Source of the DNA: Mantamonas sphyraenae STR306
Lineage: Eukaryota > Protista > CRuMs
Direction of reading: 5' to 3'
Assembly (NCBI GenBank): GCA_026936335.1
Contig: JAPMXV010000026.1
Coordinates: 124,001 to 188,000 of the forward strand
DNA: 64,000 nt
Below the pieces are notes generated by a model. The model searched no databases and was not told the DNA's origin. It was given only the letters and a program-made list of their open reading frames with translations. Made by a program: the position numbers and the translations under genes. Position 1 is the stretch's first letter. Each line of letters begins with the position of its first letter. Shown piece after piece: positions 10,167 through 25,100 of the stretch.

Positions 10167-13100
10167 TCACTCTTCATCCTCGCTCTCCACCTTTTGCCTC
10201 CGCTTCTTCTTCTTCTGTCGCCTCTTCTTCCTTGCCTTCCTCTCCTCGCCCTCGCTGTCCTCGTCCTCGTCCTCGTCCTCGTCCTCACTCTCCTCTTCCT
10301 CACTCTCCTCCTCCTCCTCTTCTTCCTCCTGCTTCTGCTTCCTCAACAGCTCCTCCGCCTGCTCCTCCCTGGCCGCCTTGACCAGATCCATGAGCGAGGC
10401 GCCGCTGTTCTCCCTCTTCACACGCAGCTTCTCACGCAACGCCCCTGGCGAACTCATCATCTTGGGACTGCGTCCTGCGGTGATCGCACCCGTGGCCACC
10501 TTTGCCTTGAGTTTGCTCCACTTGCCACGTGCCTCTGCCGCCTTTTGCTCGGGTGCCTTGTACACCTTGCCCGCCTGCATGTCCTCCCACGTGGGCATGA
10601 ACAGGTCCACCCACACGGCATCGAGGTATTGCAGGGCCTGTGTGCCCTCCTCGCAATCCTCCAGCTTCTCCAGCAGGTCACTCAGAAGGCCAAACTCCAC
10701 CTCCACACACTCGTCGGCGTCGTCGTCAAAGTACTCCAACACCAGTGTGTTCACCTCCTCCAACACGTCCTCGTCCTCCACAAACTCCTTCTCACCCTCC
10801 AGCGACACCACACGTTCCCACATGCTGGCCACCACAGGTCCATACCGTCCTGCACTGCAATCCTGGCTGATGCGTTCGTACGCCTCCATGCGACGTTTGC
10901 CTCCTTGAAGTGCCCGTGCAAACGCTATCTGTGGCTTCTTCTCTTCTCCCACCGTTGCACTCCTCTTTCGCAGCTCTTCCAACCGTTCCTGCGATTCCTT
11001 TGCCTTTGTGGCCGCCCTCTCTCTTCCGACAGCCGTCTTGCCACCACTGCCACTGCCACTGCCACTGCCGCTGCCACTGCCCTTCTCATTGCTGGCCTCC
11101 AGTTCGCCCCCCGCTTCAAACTCGTCCAAATCCAGCGCCTTGACAAACACGGTGTTGCGACGCGATCCCAGGGTGCCGTCCTTCAGCGAGGCTGCAATCT
11201 GGTCCAGCTCGCGTGCGCGATCTTTGGTGGCCTGCCTCAGCTCGTCCTTCTTGGCAAGGTCCCCTTCGTAGTATTGACTGATGTCCACGCCCTCGTCAAT
11301 CACCTTTTTCAGGTCAAACTGGCCGTCCTGCTCCTTCATGGGGATGTCGCCCACAATGGCACTCGGCGCCAGCAGATCCTCCTTGCCCTCAGCCGCCGTC
11401 TCTGTGGCAAAGTCCAGTCCCGTGCCCAACAGCGCCAGGGCCACTTGGTCGAAGCGGCCCGCTTGGCGTTGGGCGCGTTGTGCCTTGCCCACGCCAAACT
11501 TGCCGCCGATGGACTTGGCCAGGTACTTGTCCCACTTGGCCACCACCCACAGATACACAAGGAGACCCACAAAGGTCATGGACAGGGACATGTTGAGGAC
11601 AAACAACCCCACGGTGAGGGCCGTCTTTTCGTCCTCCGTCGATTCGGTGCTGAAGAACATCATGCCTGCCATCAGGGTCATGCATGTCACCAGCAACGAG
11701 TACGTTTCCAAACGTGTGTGCAGCGGGTGTTTGAACGGACGCGCGTACAGGTGCAACACAAGGCCGGACAGGATGATCCACAACCCAAAGTAGATCTGGG
11801 TCAGCGGTTCGTCACGGTAGAAGATCACCACCAACACAATGATGATCTTGCGGACGAGAATGACCAGTTCCCACCAGTATCGCTTGCCCACGTAGCCGTG
11901 TGTGAGCAGATCGATCTTGGGGAAGATCTTGGGGTTCTTCTTGCTCTTCCACAACAAGTACGCAAAGAAGGCCGGGAAGCCCACCAGATACACCACCACG
12001 GCGGCAATGGCCAGTGTGCGCCATGCAAGGTACTCTGGATCGTCACACGAGATGCTGAGATCGGCCACCAGCAGGTTTGCGCCCTGGGCATACTCTTTGC
12101 AGTTGAAGAACGTCAACACATTGTTGGTGATGACGGGGAACACAATAAAGATGCCGGCCACCGACACGCGGATGCAAAAGGTGTTGAAATCAAACAGCTG
12201 CTTGGAGCTCATCTGGCCCGTGGCGGCCTTGAACAGCCACGCAAGGGCGTAGGCAAGCAGAGGCACAGCCACACACACAATGGGCACCAGTGTGTACGAG
12301 ACAAACTTGTCGTAGTACGTCCAACCCGTGGTGCAATCCACAGGCTGTTCGAAAATGCCAAAGTTGGTGATGCCCGACACCTGGAAGATGGCCAGCATGA
12401 GACCGCTCCATCGCATGCGGAAGTCCCCAATGAACGCCAGCACCTGGAGGTAGTTCAGCAGGATCTTCTTCATGATGGCACGGATACTCTTGCGTTTGCC
12501 CTGGCCACGGCGAGCCAGCGAGATGACAATGTAGACGAGGGCCACAATGGTGCCCACCACCAGGAGCCAGTTGACGCCCTCGTCGCCACACTCGAAGCAC
12601 GTCTCGCCACGCTTGCCCCATCCTGGCTCGCAGATGCTGCACAGGGGTCCAGTGTAGCCGCGAGCACACGTCGAATTGAGGCCTCCCTGGCAAGCTTCAG
12701 GGTTGGGACATTGGATAAACTGGGCCGTCTTGAGATTGAAGGAGAAGAACCCGGGTGCAGTCTGGTACCCTCCTGGCAGGCTTTGCTTGCAGGTGCCTCC
12801 TGTGGGACACGGAACGCACCCGGAGATGAACTCGGTTGTGAAATAGCCCTCGGAGCAGATGCACTGTGAGATGTCCGTGGCACCGAGGACACCACTGGTG
12901 TCTGTGTCGGAGGGACACGGCTCGCATCGTTGCTGGCCTCGCTCGTTCTGGTACTCCTTCTGGGAGCACGGAGTGCACGGCAGGGCGTCGTTGAGGGCGT
13001 AGTGGCCGCGGGAACAGAAGCAGGAATCCTTGGAGGCCGTGGGTTCCGAATTGGGACGCCACTCGGCACAGCTGATAAAGGTGAGCGCACGTGACAGGCG

Positions 13101-16100
13101 CAGGCTACGCAGGCTCGCCTGTGGCGTGATGGTGTTTGCACGCACCACCAGGTCCACAGTCTCGCCGTACGGCCCCGTGAAAAACACACCGGTAAAGGCA
13201 GCCACGCCATGCTGGGCCACCATTTGCACCTGTCCCGACGTGGTGGCAGCAGCCATGTCCAGGCTCACGCGCACGTTGGAGGTGTTGACCAGGTTGCCCG
13301 CCGTGTCCACCACATGCACCACAGGCTGCCTATCAAACGGCCGCTGCGCGCTGTGGGTGTTGTTTGTGAACGACGTCATGTTGGCCACCACACGCACGGT
13401 GGCCGGCGGACCATGTGTCACCACCACAGGCATGTCCACACTGTGCAGGTCGCCCGCGGTGAAGGTCAACACGTAGCGGCCTGCCAAGGGAAGGATACGC
13501 ACTGTGTCGAAGCGCACCTGGAAGCCATTGGCAGGATTGGCCACGAGAGTGGTGGTGCCCGCACGCAGGACACCGCCGGTTGCACTCACACTCACACTCA
13601 ACGGCTGCAGCGAAGCCTCGACGGGCGAGGGTTGCACCACGGTCGCAGGCGACGACGGTTGTGGCTCGTTTGCAGCGAGCGTGTTGCCACCTGCGTCGAC
13701 GGCTCGCACGTCCACGGGGCCGAGAAGGATGTCGGCTGCGTCGTTGCCCGGATAGGCCAGGGATTGGCCTTGGCCGCCCGTGACGGCGAGATGGTCGGCT
13801 GCACCACGTGTGACGTTGATCTGCACCGTACCACTCTGTAGATTGGTGCTCTCGAGGACAAGGACGTGGATGCCGACACGCGGACGCACAAGCTGCACGC
13901 CGACAATGTCGACGCGACCAAACTGCATGGTGAACTGGGTCACGCCGACAACCTGCGCCACGGCCAGAGGCTGGCGTGTGTCACGTGCCAAGCCACCGGG
14001 CGAACTCAACACACGCACGTTGATCTGTCGCGGCACAGGATCAGCCAGGCCGACCACGCCTCCGCCCGCATCGTACGAAAGCAGCACAAAAGGCTGCACG
14101 GCCGAGGTGACATTGCTTGTGGCACGTGCAGGCTCTGCGTTGGCAACCGGCGCCACACGCACGGCCTGACCCACATTGATGGTGACCCAGCTGTGGGTGG
14201 GCAGGAGCACGCCGCTGCGATACTCAATGCGATAGTCGCCCCACGCAGGCGCAAGCAGCTTCACAGCGTCAAAGAGCGCCGTGCCGTTGCGCATGCGCAC
14301 TGTGGTGCCGCCGTCGCCGCCCACAAGCGACGACGACGACGTGTTGAGCAGGTGTGCCGTTACGTCGCGTTCCAACGGCGCGTCGTACACCCGACTGCCA
14401 CCTGCGTCGAGCACACCGATGGACACCGGCGCCAGCGTGGTCACCACCTCGCTGCCGCGGTTTGCGTCTCGGTTGTAGTCGCTCACCAGTGCATAGGCGT
14501 CGCCCACCGCAATGTGCACCGTAAACGTGTCCGAGTTCCAACTGAGTGCCAGCGTGTTGTGGCTCACCTGCGCCACAAGCGCATAGTTGCCGTCCAACGC
14601 ACGCGGTCGCACCAGACGAAGGTTGGTAAAGTTGGCCACCCCGTTTTCCAGGTACACAAAGCGACCCAGGTCACGCAGGGAGACGGTGGAGCCCGACGGC
14701 ACGTGTTGCAAGGTCACCTGCACCGCAGTGCGGTCAGGATAGGAACTGGTGCGCACACCGCCTGCATCCACAGCCTCCACAGCGAGCGGCGCCACATACG
14801 TCTCTGCAGCACTCTTGAGTGCCTGCGAGGGCGTCGCGTACACGCGCAGGCGTTCGGCCACGCCCTCGGTGACGTTGATGGACACGTTTGCCGATTGCAA
14901 GCCCTGCGTGGACAGGGTGACCACGTGAATTGCCTGCGGTGCGTTTGCAATCACCAGTGAGGCAAACTGGGCCACGCCAGCACTGGAGACGACGCTTGTC
15001 TGCTGGCCGAGTGTCAGTGTCGACGACGAGGCGGCAATGGTACGCGAGGCGCCGTCGCTGCCAAACAGCCTGTTGCCAGCCACGTCGACCACGTAGACAT
15101 CCACCGCTGGCATCTGATAGGTGCGTGTGGAGGCAAACTGACGCGACCACGACGTTGCCACCGACAGGGCATGTGGTGCACCCACAGTCACCGTCAGGGA
15201 CAGCGACGAGTTTGCAAGCCCGTTGCTGGCCAAGATCACAGTGTACACACCCACACGCGGGGTCACCAGGGACAAACCAGAGATGGAAAGCGATCCTTGG
15301 GTCATGTTGCGCACAAGAACACCCGTCAGACCGCTGTCTGTGCCGCCACTGACGCTAAGTGTCACCACACGCTGTAACGGGACATCCGAAGCACCCACTG
15401 CATTGTCACCCGCATCCAAAGCCTGGACACTCAGCGTGGACAGGGACACAGATGACGCAGAGGAGACCGACACTGTGGACGGCGACGGCGTACTGAGCTT
15501 CACCGCCTGTCCGAGAACAACCTGCACTGCAACCTCGCCCGATTGCAATCCAACGCCGCTCATGCGAAGCAAGTATGCACCCACGCGTGGGGTCAACAGC
15601 TTGACGGCGACAAAGGTTGCGTTTCCAGAGGTTGCGTTGACTGGAAGCAACCCAGCGGCCTGCACCGATGCATTCACCACCGACACTTGGATCGGACGCA
15701 GCTGGGTGTCTGTGCCACCGACTGCGTTGTCGCCATGGTCGTAGAGAATGGCATACAGGGGAGGCAACGTGCTGACCTCACGTGCAGGTACAGAGGTGGC
15801 GGATGTGGTCACCTTGATTGTGGTGGGAGGGCCCGGAAGCACACGCACGGCGATGGTAACGTTGCGCAGCGCGTAGGACGACACATGGACGCCATACACA
15901 CCCGTGGGCACACGTCCCACCAGGCGAAGGTCGTCCAAGACGGCACGGCCACTGTGCGTGTCGACCTGACGTGCAAGGGTGCCCTGGAGGGTGACACCGG
16001 GCACAGACACATTGAGGGCGGCGTGGACCACCACGTCACCCGTGGTGACGGTGTTGCCAGCGTCACGCAGCTCCACCACCAATGGTTGGATGTCAATGGA

Positions 16101-19100
16101 GGGCTCGGAGACGTACTGCAACGCGGCAGCGGGGCTAATGGTGGCCAGGGCATGCGGTACACCCACGCCCACCTGAACACTGATTGACGCGTTGTGCAGA
16201 CCCTGCGCAAGAAGCCACACTGTGTAGCTGCCATTCACAGGCGAATGCAACCCCACATCCGCAAAGACTGCGCGCCCTTGTGCCGTCACGGCCTCCTGCA
16301 CACCAGTCAACACAGCGCCGCCACTGACCGTGGCTGAGACTGTGCGATTGAACACATCGAGCGCACCCAATTCGTTGCTGCCTGCGTCGATCACACGCAC
16401 CTCGATGGCACCCAAGGCGGCAAAGACACGGCTTTGCACAACCACCGACGCAGACGACGGCGTGTGCACTTGCAACGCGGTCGGCAACCCAATGATCACT
16501 TCCAGACGCATTTCGATGCCAAACAGACCGTCACTGGACAGCTGCATCACATACACTCCGGCCGACGGACGCAGCAACGTCAAATCGTCAAACGCCTGCG
16601 TTGCATTGCGCACCAGCGTGCCCTGCAATGTGCTCCATTGCGTGCTGTTCCACAACGTCACCGTGACGTTGCGACTGGCCATCTGTGCATTCGAGACGGC
16701 GTTGCCTGCCGCGTCACGGCCAATCACGACGGTTGTGTTGACCGGAGTCGACGCCACACACTGCACACGTCCCAAATCGGTCACAGCGACATCCAAGGAC
16801 ACAACAGGCCCCGGAAGGATCTGCAACACCACCGATGCATTCAGCAGCGACGGCGATCGGAGAACAAGAGTGAAGTTTTGCGTCGGCGGACGCTGCAAGC
16901 GCAGCCCGGTAAACGACGCGACTCCGGTGCTCACAGAGGCCACACGCACACCCGAGAGGGGCAGGGTGGCAGGCACATCCAAGGTGACGTTGATGTGATC
17001 TGCTGCTGCCGCAGTGACAAGTGTGCCAGCCACATCGCGCACCTGCACGCTCACACTGCTCATCACCACGTCCAGGTTGGTGAGGTGTGTTTGTGTGCCA
17101 CCAGACACAACCACCAGCCGGTGTGGCACACCGACGGTGACGTTGAACGCCACAGTGGCGTTGCCCAACAGCGCGTTGTAGAATCGCACCGTGTATGTCC
17201 CTGCCACGGGTGTGTCGAGCTGCACCTGGTCAAACAGCACCGAAGACGACGATGTGTTGGCCGTGATGTTCACCACACCGGCGTATGTGACGCCGTCGAT
17301 GCTGGTCAGGGCGACCGATTGGCCTGCGAAACGGCTTGCGTCCACCGCGGTACCACTCGCATCCACTGCCGTCACACGCATGGCTGGCATAGTCACGGTG
17401 GCTGCAGCTTGCACCGTGTCCACTCCTACGCTGGCCACCTGTGCTTGCAAACGCACCGGATTGCCTCCGATGACTTGCACATCCATGGTTGCACTTTGCA
17501 CACCTGCAGTGCCAAACACAAGCTTGTACGCACCCAACTTTGGCGCCTGCAGCGTCACGTTGACAAACTGGGTGGCTCCATTCACCAGGGTGTCGTTGAG
17601 GGCACCCACGAGCGTGGCAGCCGGCGCCACACTCATGCTCACCGTGCGATTGGCATCGCTGACGACCAAACTGCCGCCAGCGTCAAAACCACGCACGGTG
17701 ACATCGCCCACCAGCGTCATGGGCGCCGTTTCGACAGAGACAAACGCCGACACGGGCAACACCACGCGCAGCCTGTGGATGGCACCCACCGAGACGTTGA
17801 AGGCAACCTGCAATGTGGGCAGGCCCGTCGACGACAGGTCCAGCTTGTACACACCCGCAGGTGGCGATTGCAACGCAAGGGTGTCCACAGACACGTTGCC
17901 CTGCACCATGGACAGCGAGGTCGTCGACAATACGGTGCCGTTGCCGTGGAGCACACGTGCAACAACCTCTCTGGGCGACACCGCATCCAAACCCACCAAT
18001 GCATTGCTGCCTGCATCTTGGGTCTGCACGTGCACAGTGCCCAGGGACGTGATCACGGCGGAGGGCACTGACGAGGGCACATTGGCCACTGCCAGTTTCA
18101 CCGCAAGGCCAGGCACGACATGCAACGTGACATTGGCCTCAATGACATTGCCCGTACCCGTGGCAAACACCAGTGTGTAGTTGCCCTTGGTCGGTGCAAG
18201 CACGCTCAAGCTGTCAAACACACACGCTCCGCGATCCGAGAGCAGAGACGTGGCCCCAGCCAGCGTGGCCGCGGGTATGTCGGACGCATGCAGAGAGGCG
18301 GTCACCGTCACTGCTGCCACTTGCGTCACGGAACCACTGGCGTCCAACACATTCACGGTGTATGTGGGCACGGCCACAGAGGCGGCGCTGACCAAGCTGC
18401 TGCTGCTTGCAGACGGACTCACGGCAAGCCTGTACGGCTGACCCGGGTTGATTTGCAGTGTAAACGTGTCGTTGATAAGTCCGGCCGTGCCAATCTGCAC
18501 CGTGTACAACGCAGGAATGGGTGCAGCGAGCGAAGCACTGGCAAATGTCACCAGACCGTTGCCATGCGTGTACGCGGTGTCCACCACAGCCGATGTGGAC
18601 AGCAGTTGCAACACGACGGTTCGGTTGGCGGAATCCACAGTCCACAGGGCGTTGTTGCCTCCGTCTCGCACAATGGCGACCACAGAGGGCAGCATCACAG
18701 TGACAGAGGTACTCAGGGTCACCAAACTGCTGCTGTTCAGAGTCAACCTGTACGCAGCGCCATACACAACCTCCACTGTGGTCACGCGTTCTGTCAACGA
18801 AGGGGAGACCGTGAGCAGCAACGTGTACACACCCACAGGCGGCGTGTTGAGAGTCAAATCGGAAAAGTTTGCCACGCCGCCCACCATAGCACGCAGCGAA
18901 GCACCACCCAACACGTCCCCAGTCACATCGACGCCGTTGCGACGCACGCGCAGGGTGGCGCTCTGTGTCACCGTGTCGTTGCCATACAATGTCTCGTTCC
19001 AGTGGTTTTGAGTGGCCACCACCACGGGCAGCAACGACACGCTGGTGGTGGCGTTGACCTGTCCCATGGCACTCAGGTCACTCAACAGCGTTGTGTACTC

Positions 19101-22100
19101 GGGCGTGTGCACAAACATACCGTGCACCTCAAACTCGTACAACCAGCCGCCGTCCGTGGCAGTCACGAGGGTGCCCATGGCCGCCTCGCTGTTGTTGAAC
19201 ACCACACGGAAGTGGCGACTGCGCACTTCGTTGGCCAGAAAGTCCACACAGAGACCGGCGTCGTTGGCGTCGGAAGGCACGACACGGCATGGGCGTTGGG
19301 TGCCGAATGCAGCCGCGCTCTGTTTGGTCACACGCTGCACAATGGTTTGCCACGTGGACGACGCGGCCACGTACGCTTGCACTTCGTAGTACGGCGGCGT
19401 GTTGCGACACGATTGGTACCACGACAGGATGACTTCGTTTGCAAAGGCCTCCTGCGGCAGATTCACCTGTGCCTGCACCAGATCCGTGTTGTTCTGCGTA
19501 AACTGGATGCCACACTTGTATCCTTGGTTCGCATCCGTCTTTTGACAACATCGGTCGTTGTCGTGGATCAGTGCAGGCGTCACGCCATCGCTGGTGCCTG
19601 TCGCACTGCCTGTCGTCGTTGCATTCGTGGCCAGATTCTCAAAGTACCGCAATCCCAGAGCCAATCGTTCCGACACGGCAAAGTCCAGCTCTGTTTTCAC
19701 CCTACACAGCGGTGAAAAGGGATCCACTGCGTTGTACTGGTCCGCGGTCGCCGCCTTGACAAACTGCTGGCCGTTGTTGCCCACATACACATCGTACTTG
19801 CCCGTGTCGATCTGAGGCGTCGTGCACACCACCTGTGTGGCAGAAAGCCACTGTGCTGCGGTGGTCACTGTGGGTCCAAAACGGCATCGCAATTGGCTGT
19901 CCAGCAAGAATCCCGTTCCGGTCACCGTCACCGTCTCCCCACCTGTGGTCTTGCCCACCTGAGGCGTAAACGATGCCACGGTCTCCGGCGTATACACAGT
20001 GATGTTGATGCCCACGGTGTAGTTGCGCATGTTGTTGGTGGCGTTGACAAAGGCCATCCCTGCGGACAATGTCGGTGTGGTACACACAAAGCGAGTCGGT
20101 GACACGTACGACACATGTGCACACGCCTTTGTGTCCACAAGGGCATTAAGGAGGGCGTTGTTGACAAAGTTGTCGCCCGTAATGGTGACTTGGGTGCCTC
20201 CCGAGGTGGGACCCGAGGTGGGTGTCACCGCACTGATGTTTGCCACATCCAACACCTGCACCGTCCATGGGCTGCCCTTGATGTGTACGCCATCCAGTGT
20301 CACGCGTGCGTTGTACGTGTCTGGTCCCGCTTCGGTGTCGTATGTGGCTAGGTACTGCCCGCTGCCCGTGTACGTCACCGACGAATTGACACGCACCCCG
20401 TCGCTCACGCGCGTCACGTTGACCAACAGCACAGTGGAACCATCGGCTGTGCGAAGGTTGCCAAAGGCATCGCGTGCAAACACCTGGAAGGATTGTGTGC
20501 TGAAGGGACTGGCCGTGGAGAGGGCGACGCCCGACGCTGTGCACTGCGGCGGATGCACCGCCGACGGGTTCACCACAAGCACAGACGACGACACATTCTT
20601 TGTGGCCACCGTGGTCATGCGAACCACACTCACAGCCACTGTGGCGTCGGTAACCCCTGTGGCCAACGAGCCCGGGATGTATCCCTGCTGGCCTCCGGTC
20701 AGGTACAGGTGGCCACCCTGCGAGGCGACACCCGTGTACAAAGAGGCACCGTTTCGCACAGACAGAAACTGCCGGGTGCCCACCACGGCACCTGTGCTCG
20801 GGTCAATCTGGTGCACAATCGGCACGAGGTTGACGGCGCCCGTGTGTCCGGCGGGCTTGCTCTGGCCCGGATACAACCCATGCGTGCGACCGGCCACAAA
20901 CAGATATCCATCGGCGTAGGTAGATGTTGTCATGCGCAACACCTGGCTCGACGACTCGGGCGACGTCACCGTCACCCATTGCATGTCTGCACCGAGCGAT
21001 TTGTTCAGGGACACCACAAATGCACGCGAGCGCAGATCGGCTGGCAACATGGAGAGACCACCGCTGACAAATACACGCTGATCGTCGATGGAGATCGCGT
21101 AGGCCATGGTGCGATCATAGACGAGCGGCGACTTGATGACAAAGGGCAGCAGGGCCAACAGAGCACCGTTGCTTTGGTTGAACTTGGCCACCACAGTCAC
21201 CTGGTCCGCTGTGAATGTGAATGCAGGGTAGGTTTTGGATGTGCCATACCCTGTTGCAAACACAGTGTCGTCCACGTCGTCCACGGCACACGCGTACAGC
21301 GAATCCTCAAAATCATCGGTACCGGAAAACTCTGTGTGCCACTTGAAGACACCGGCAGAGGTGAGTGCCACTGTCGATGGCTGCTCCTTGTTGGTTTGAC
21401 TCGACACACGCGAGGCACCCACGGCAAACACATAGCCGCGTGCACGCGAGAAACACACCCCCTCCAGGGAGTCGCTGGTGGACATCCTGTACTGATAGCC
21501 CCACGCACGCGTGCCCGTGGCCGTGTCGATGGCCACCACCCATCCGTCGTTGCCGCTTACCGATTCGCCGGCCACGACGGCGGGTGATTGCGCACGTCCC
21601 ACAACAATCACGCGTGCGTTGGCCTCGTCCAACACAATGTCCCGTCCTGCCACCACGCCAGGGACCGTAATCGACTGGATGGGATGGATCCACACGGTGG
21701 CGCCATTCTTGTCCAGCTTGTACACCACGGCGCCGTACAGAGAGGTGAACGCAGTGGATTCACCTGGTCCCGACGGATACGCCTGCGTACATGACAATGC
21801 GACGTACATGTTGCCCTGCGCATCTGCAGTCACTCCTACACTCTGGCACGATCCCACGCCAGCGGCGCCGTACAGCTGTTGCACAAGCTGCGCCTCCACG
21901 GTATCGATCTGCGCGCCGATCGGCGTGCCAACCTGGAGTGTGTACGACTTGGCCACCGTGATGTTGTATGCACCCAACCAACGTCCTCCCTGTGCAGTCA
22001 GGGTGATGTTCAGCTCGGGCACCTGGGCCACAAAGCTGCGCTGGGTGACACTCGTACGGTTGTTGTCGTATGCATCACGCTCCTGGATGTCAAAGTGGCC

Positions 22101-25100
22101 CACTTGGCCAGCCACTGCCGAGGTGAGACCAGCCCCGCCAATGATCGAATTGTAAGGATCCACGGGACCAGGCAGCACATTGACAGCAGCCACAGGCGAA
22201 CCAATGACGTGCTCGCCTGCAAATCGGACTGACAGCACATGCACGCCACGCACCGTACTGTTGTATGTGACTGCATACCGCCCACCACCGACGGCAACCA
22301 CCACAGCTTGGCCGCTGACAAAGGTGGCGTTCAGCTGCGCGAGATCACTGGTGCCGGCCGCCGAGTTGTTGTACGTGTCTCGCAACTGCACAAACGTACC
22401 CACACTCGACACTCCGGCACCCACATTTGCTTGCACATTCAGCAACTCTGAGCGAGAGGCCACCGCCTGCAACGGAGTGACACTCAGGGGCAAGGGACTG
22501 CCAACAATGCCCACAGCCCGTGTCGCCTTGTCGACGATGGCCACGCCATAGGTGCCCGCGACTGTGGTGGATACGGACACCACGTATTGTCCCGAATGGG
22601 TGCCTGACACGGTACCATTCACAACCACGGGTCCTGTGAGCACAACCACAAAGGCGTCCGGCTGTGTGCTCAGCGGATTGGAGTACACATCGCGTGCCTG
22701 GATGGCGACACTGAACGTCTGGTTGGCTGCCACCGAAGCGGTGGAGTTGCCCACAACCGTGCTGTGGCGTTGAGACACAACGTTGGGCAGCACAGTGATG
22801 TTGTGGGATGACACGACGCCCTTGCCGGCGATAAAGACATCCACCACATGGGTCCCGATCTGGGTGATGTTGACAAACACGTCAAAGCGACCGTTTCCAA
22901 TGTACGTTGCACCTTGCATGTGTGTGGCCACAGCGTCGTTGCCATCCTGTGTGGTCAGGTTGTTGCCAAAGGCGTCTCGCATCTGAATGCGCACCTGGCC
23001 CAGCTGACCTGCCAGCAACGTGGTGGGCACTTGCACGACCGACGATGTGCTCACCGACACGGCACTGGGGGTCGCGTGCACTGCAAACGGCAGGCCCACC
23101 GCCTGTGCATCCAGCGTGACACGGAGTGTGTAGTTTCCAGACAGCGTTGGGTTCACCGAGACGCGTTGGGGCACGCGCATCGTGTCTAGATTCTGCCAGG
23201 GTACGTACTGGTGCGCTGCCTGCTCTTGCGAGAGGTAAAACAGGGTGCCAGCTCCAAACACATTGGGTGCAGAGCCCTCTGTAGAGCCGAGTCCAGCGCC
23301 ACTGCGCACCTGTGTGCCAAAGAAAGCCAGTGATCCATCCACACTCGGAATGCTAACCTTGTTTGCGTTGCCATCAAGGCGGCTGTCGTACGAATTGAAT
23401 GCCAAGTGGTAGCCCGTTGTTGCGACAAAGTAGTCCCCTGCAGGCAACCAAATGGGCTGTGTGAAGCGTTCCCACATGACCAACCCGGCATGCGGCGACG
23501 TGGCACTGTTCACTGACAGCTTGCCCACATAGGTTGTGCTCAGAGCACCCGCGGTGACTATCCACACGTTGATCGTCGTGTTGGATGAAAATGTGGGCGG
23601 TCGGAAGGCACCCAATCCTGTCAACAAGATGGGTTTGAGCACGCGCACCGGCACTCCTTTTTCGCCCATCGAGCCAGAGTTGCCCGTCATCGATGCACCA
23701 AAAGCAACACCCTGTGTGCCCAGTGCCGGCTGTGGGTTGTACCCATCCAACTCCACGTCGATGGTGTCGTACCAGAACGTGCCTGCACCGTACATCAACG
23801 GTGCCGAGGTGTTTGCCTCACTCCCCAGCAGCTCTCCATAGCGTGCGGGTCCATAGAAGGACACAGCCGCGTTGGCTGTGTCGACTTGCATCCAAGTGCC
23901 ACCCCCGCCGTTGCCGTTGGGCGCACTGTGGTCGTCAAAGCTGGGGAAGGCCACTGAGTAGCCGTTGGCCACAATGTAGTACTTGCCAGGGAGCAAATGA
24001 ACAGACGCGTTGAGATCCATGCGCATCACATTGCCTTGCACGTTGCCTGTGCACACGAGCGGTCCCACCACCTTGTCGTCGATGGCCTCGTTGCGGACGA
24101 TGGTCACTGTGATGGGCTGCACCGTGGCTGCGTTGTGTGGTACAAACGCACCCAGGGCACGCACGTTGATGGCACGATGCACCTGGAAACCAACGGCACG
24201 AGGAACTGTCACGGTCTCGGTGCCCACCGTGCCCATTGGCACAGAAATGGCCTTGTGTTCCACTGTGGCTTCTGGGTTGCCATACGCATCGCGTGCCGTC
24301 ACATTGGCCACGTGCGTCGACACGCCTGCGACGGTGCTGTTGGCCACCTTGTCCAGCATCGAGGTGGCTGCTGTTGCGTTTGCGGGTGCAATGGTGAGGG
24401 AAACCACGATGCTGGGCACCTGCACAACCGTCACCGTGTACGTCTTGGCCACCGTCAAGTACACAGTGGCACCATACACGCCATTGCCAACATGGTTCAT
24501 CGAGTAGTTGGCTTTGCCAATCACATGCAGCGTAAACACGTCCATCGTGGGCGACGTGCGGTTGTTTCCAAACCGATCGCGTGTCTGCACAAGCAACACG
24601 TTGGTCACATCTACGCCCGCAATCCCATTCGACACCCGACCCGCCTCCACAGCAGTGCTGTAGTTTGATGCACCGGGTGCCACCGTAAACGGCAGCGGGG
24701 CGCCCACACTCACGGCATCCAACCACGTCGCGAGCATGTACACACCCGCGACCGTCGGTGTAACCACGCCCCTGTGTGTGGCATTGGCATACGCACCCAA
24801 CCACTCAATACTGGCGTTCAGATGGATCCCAGCCAGCGAAGCGACAGCGGCCAGGTTGGCGGTTGCCGTCTGCGTGCGCAGGTTGCCGTATCGATCGCGT
24901 GGTTGAATCGAAAACACTGCAGATTCTCCAGCCACGGCGCCTACAGGTGCCTGAACAAGTGTACGGTTTGCCTGTGCATCAGCGGCGACCACTTGCACAG
25001 GGAAGGGCGATCCCTGGATGTGCTTGTTCCCAGGGTGCAGCTGCACTGCCAGCGTGTAGTTCCCAGCCAGTGTGTAGGACACCACACCACGATATTGGTT

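Noticed and set aside
10194-12869. Long plus-strand ORFs antisense to the giant gene (891 aa here; also 16434-18071, 18120-19715, 32070-33701 and others)
   Set aside because: Shadow ORFs caused by high GC and biased codon usage; His/Arg/Leu-rich translations with no domains.
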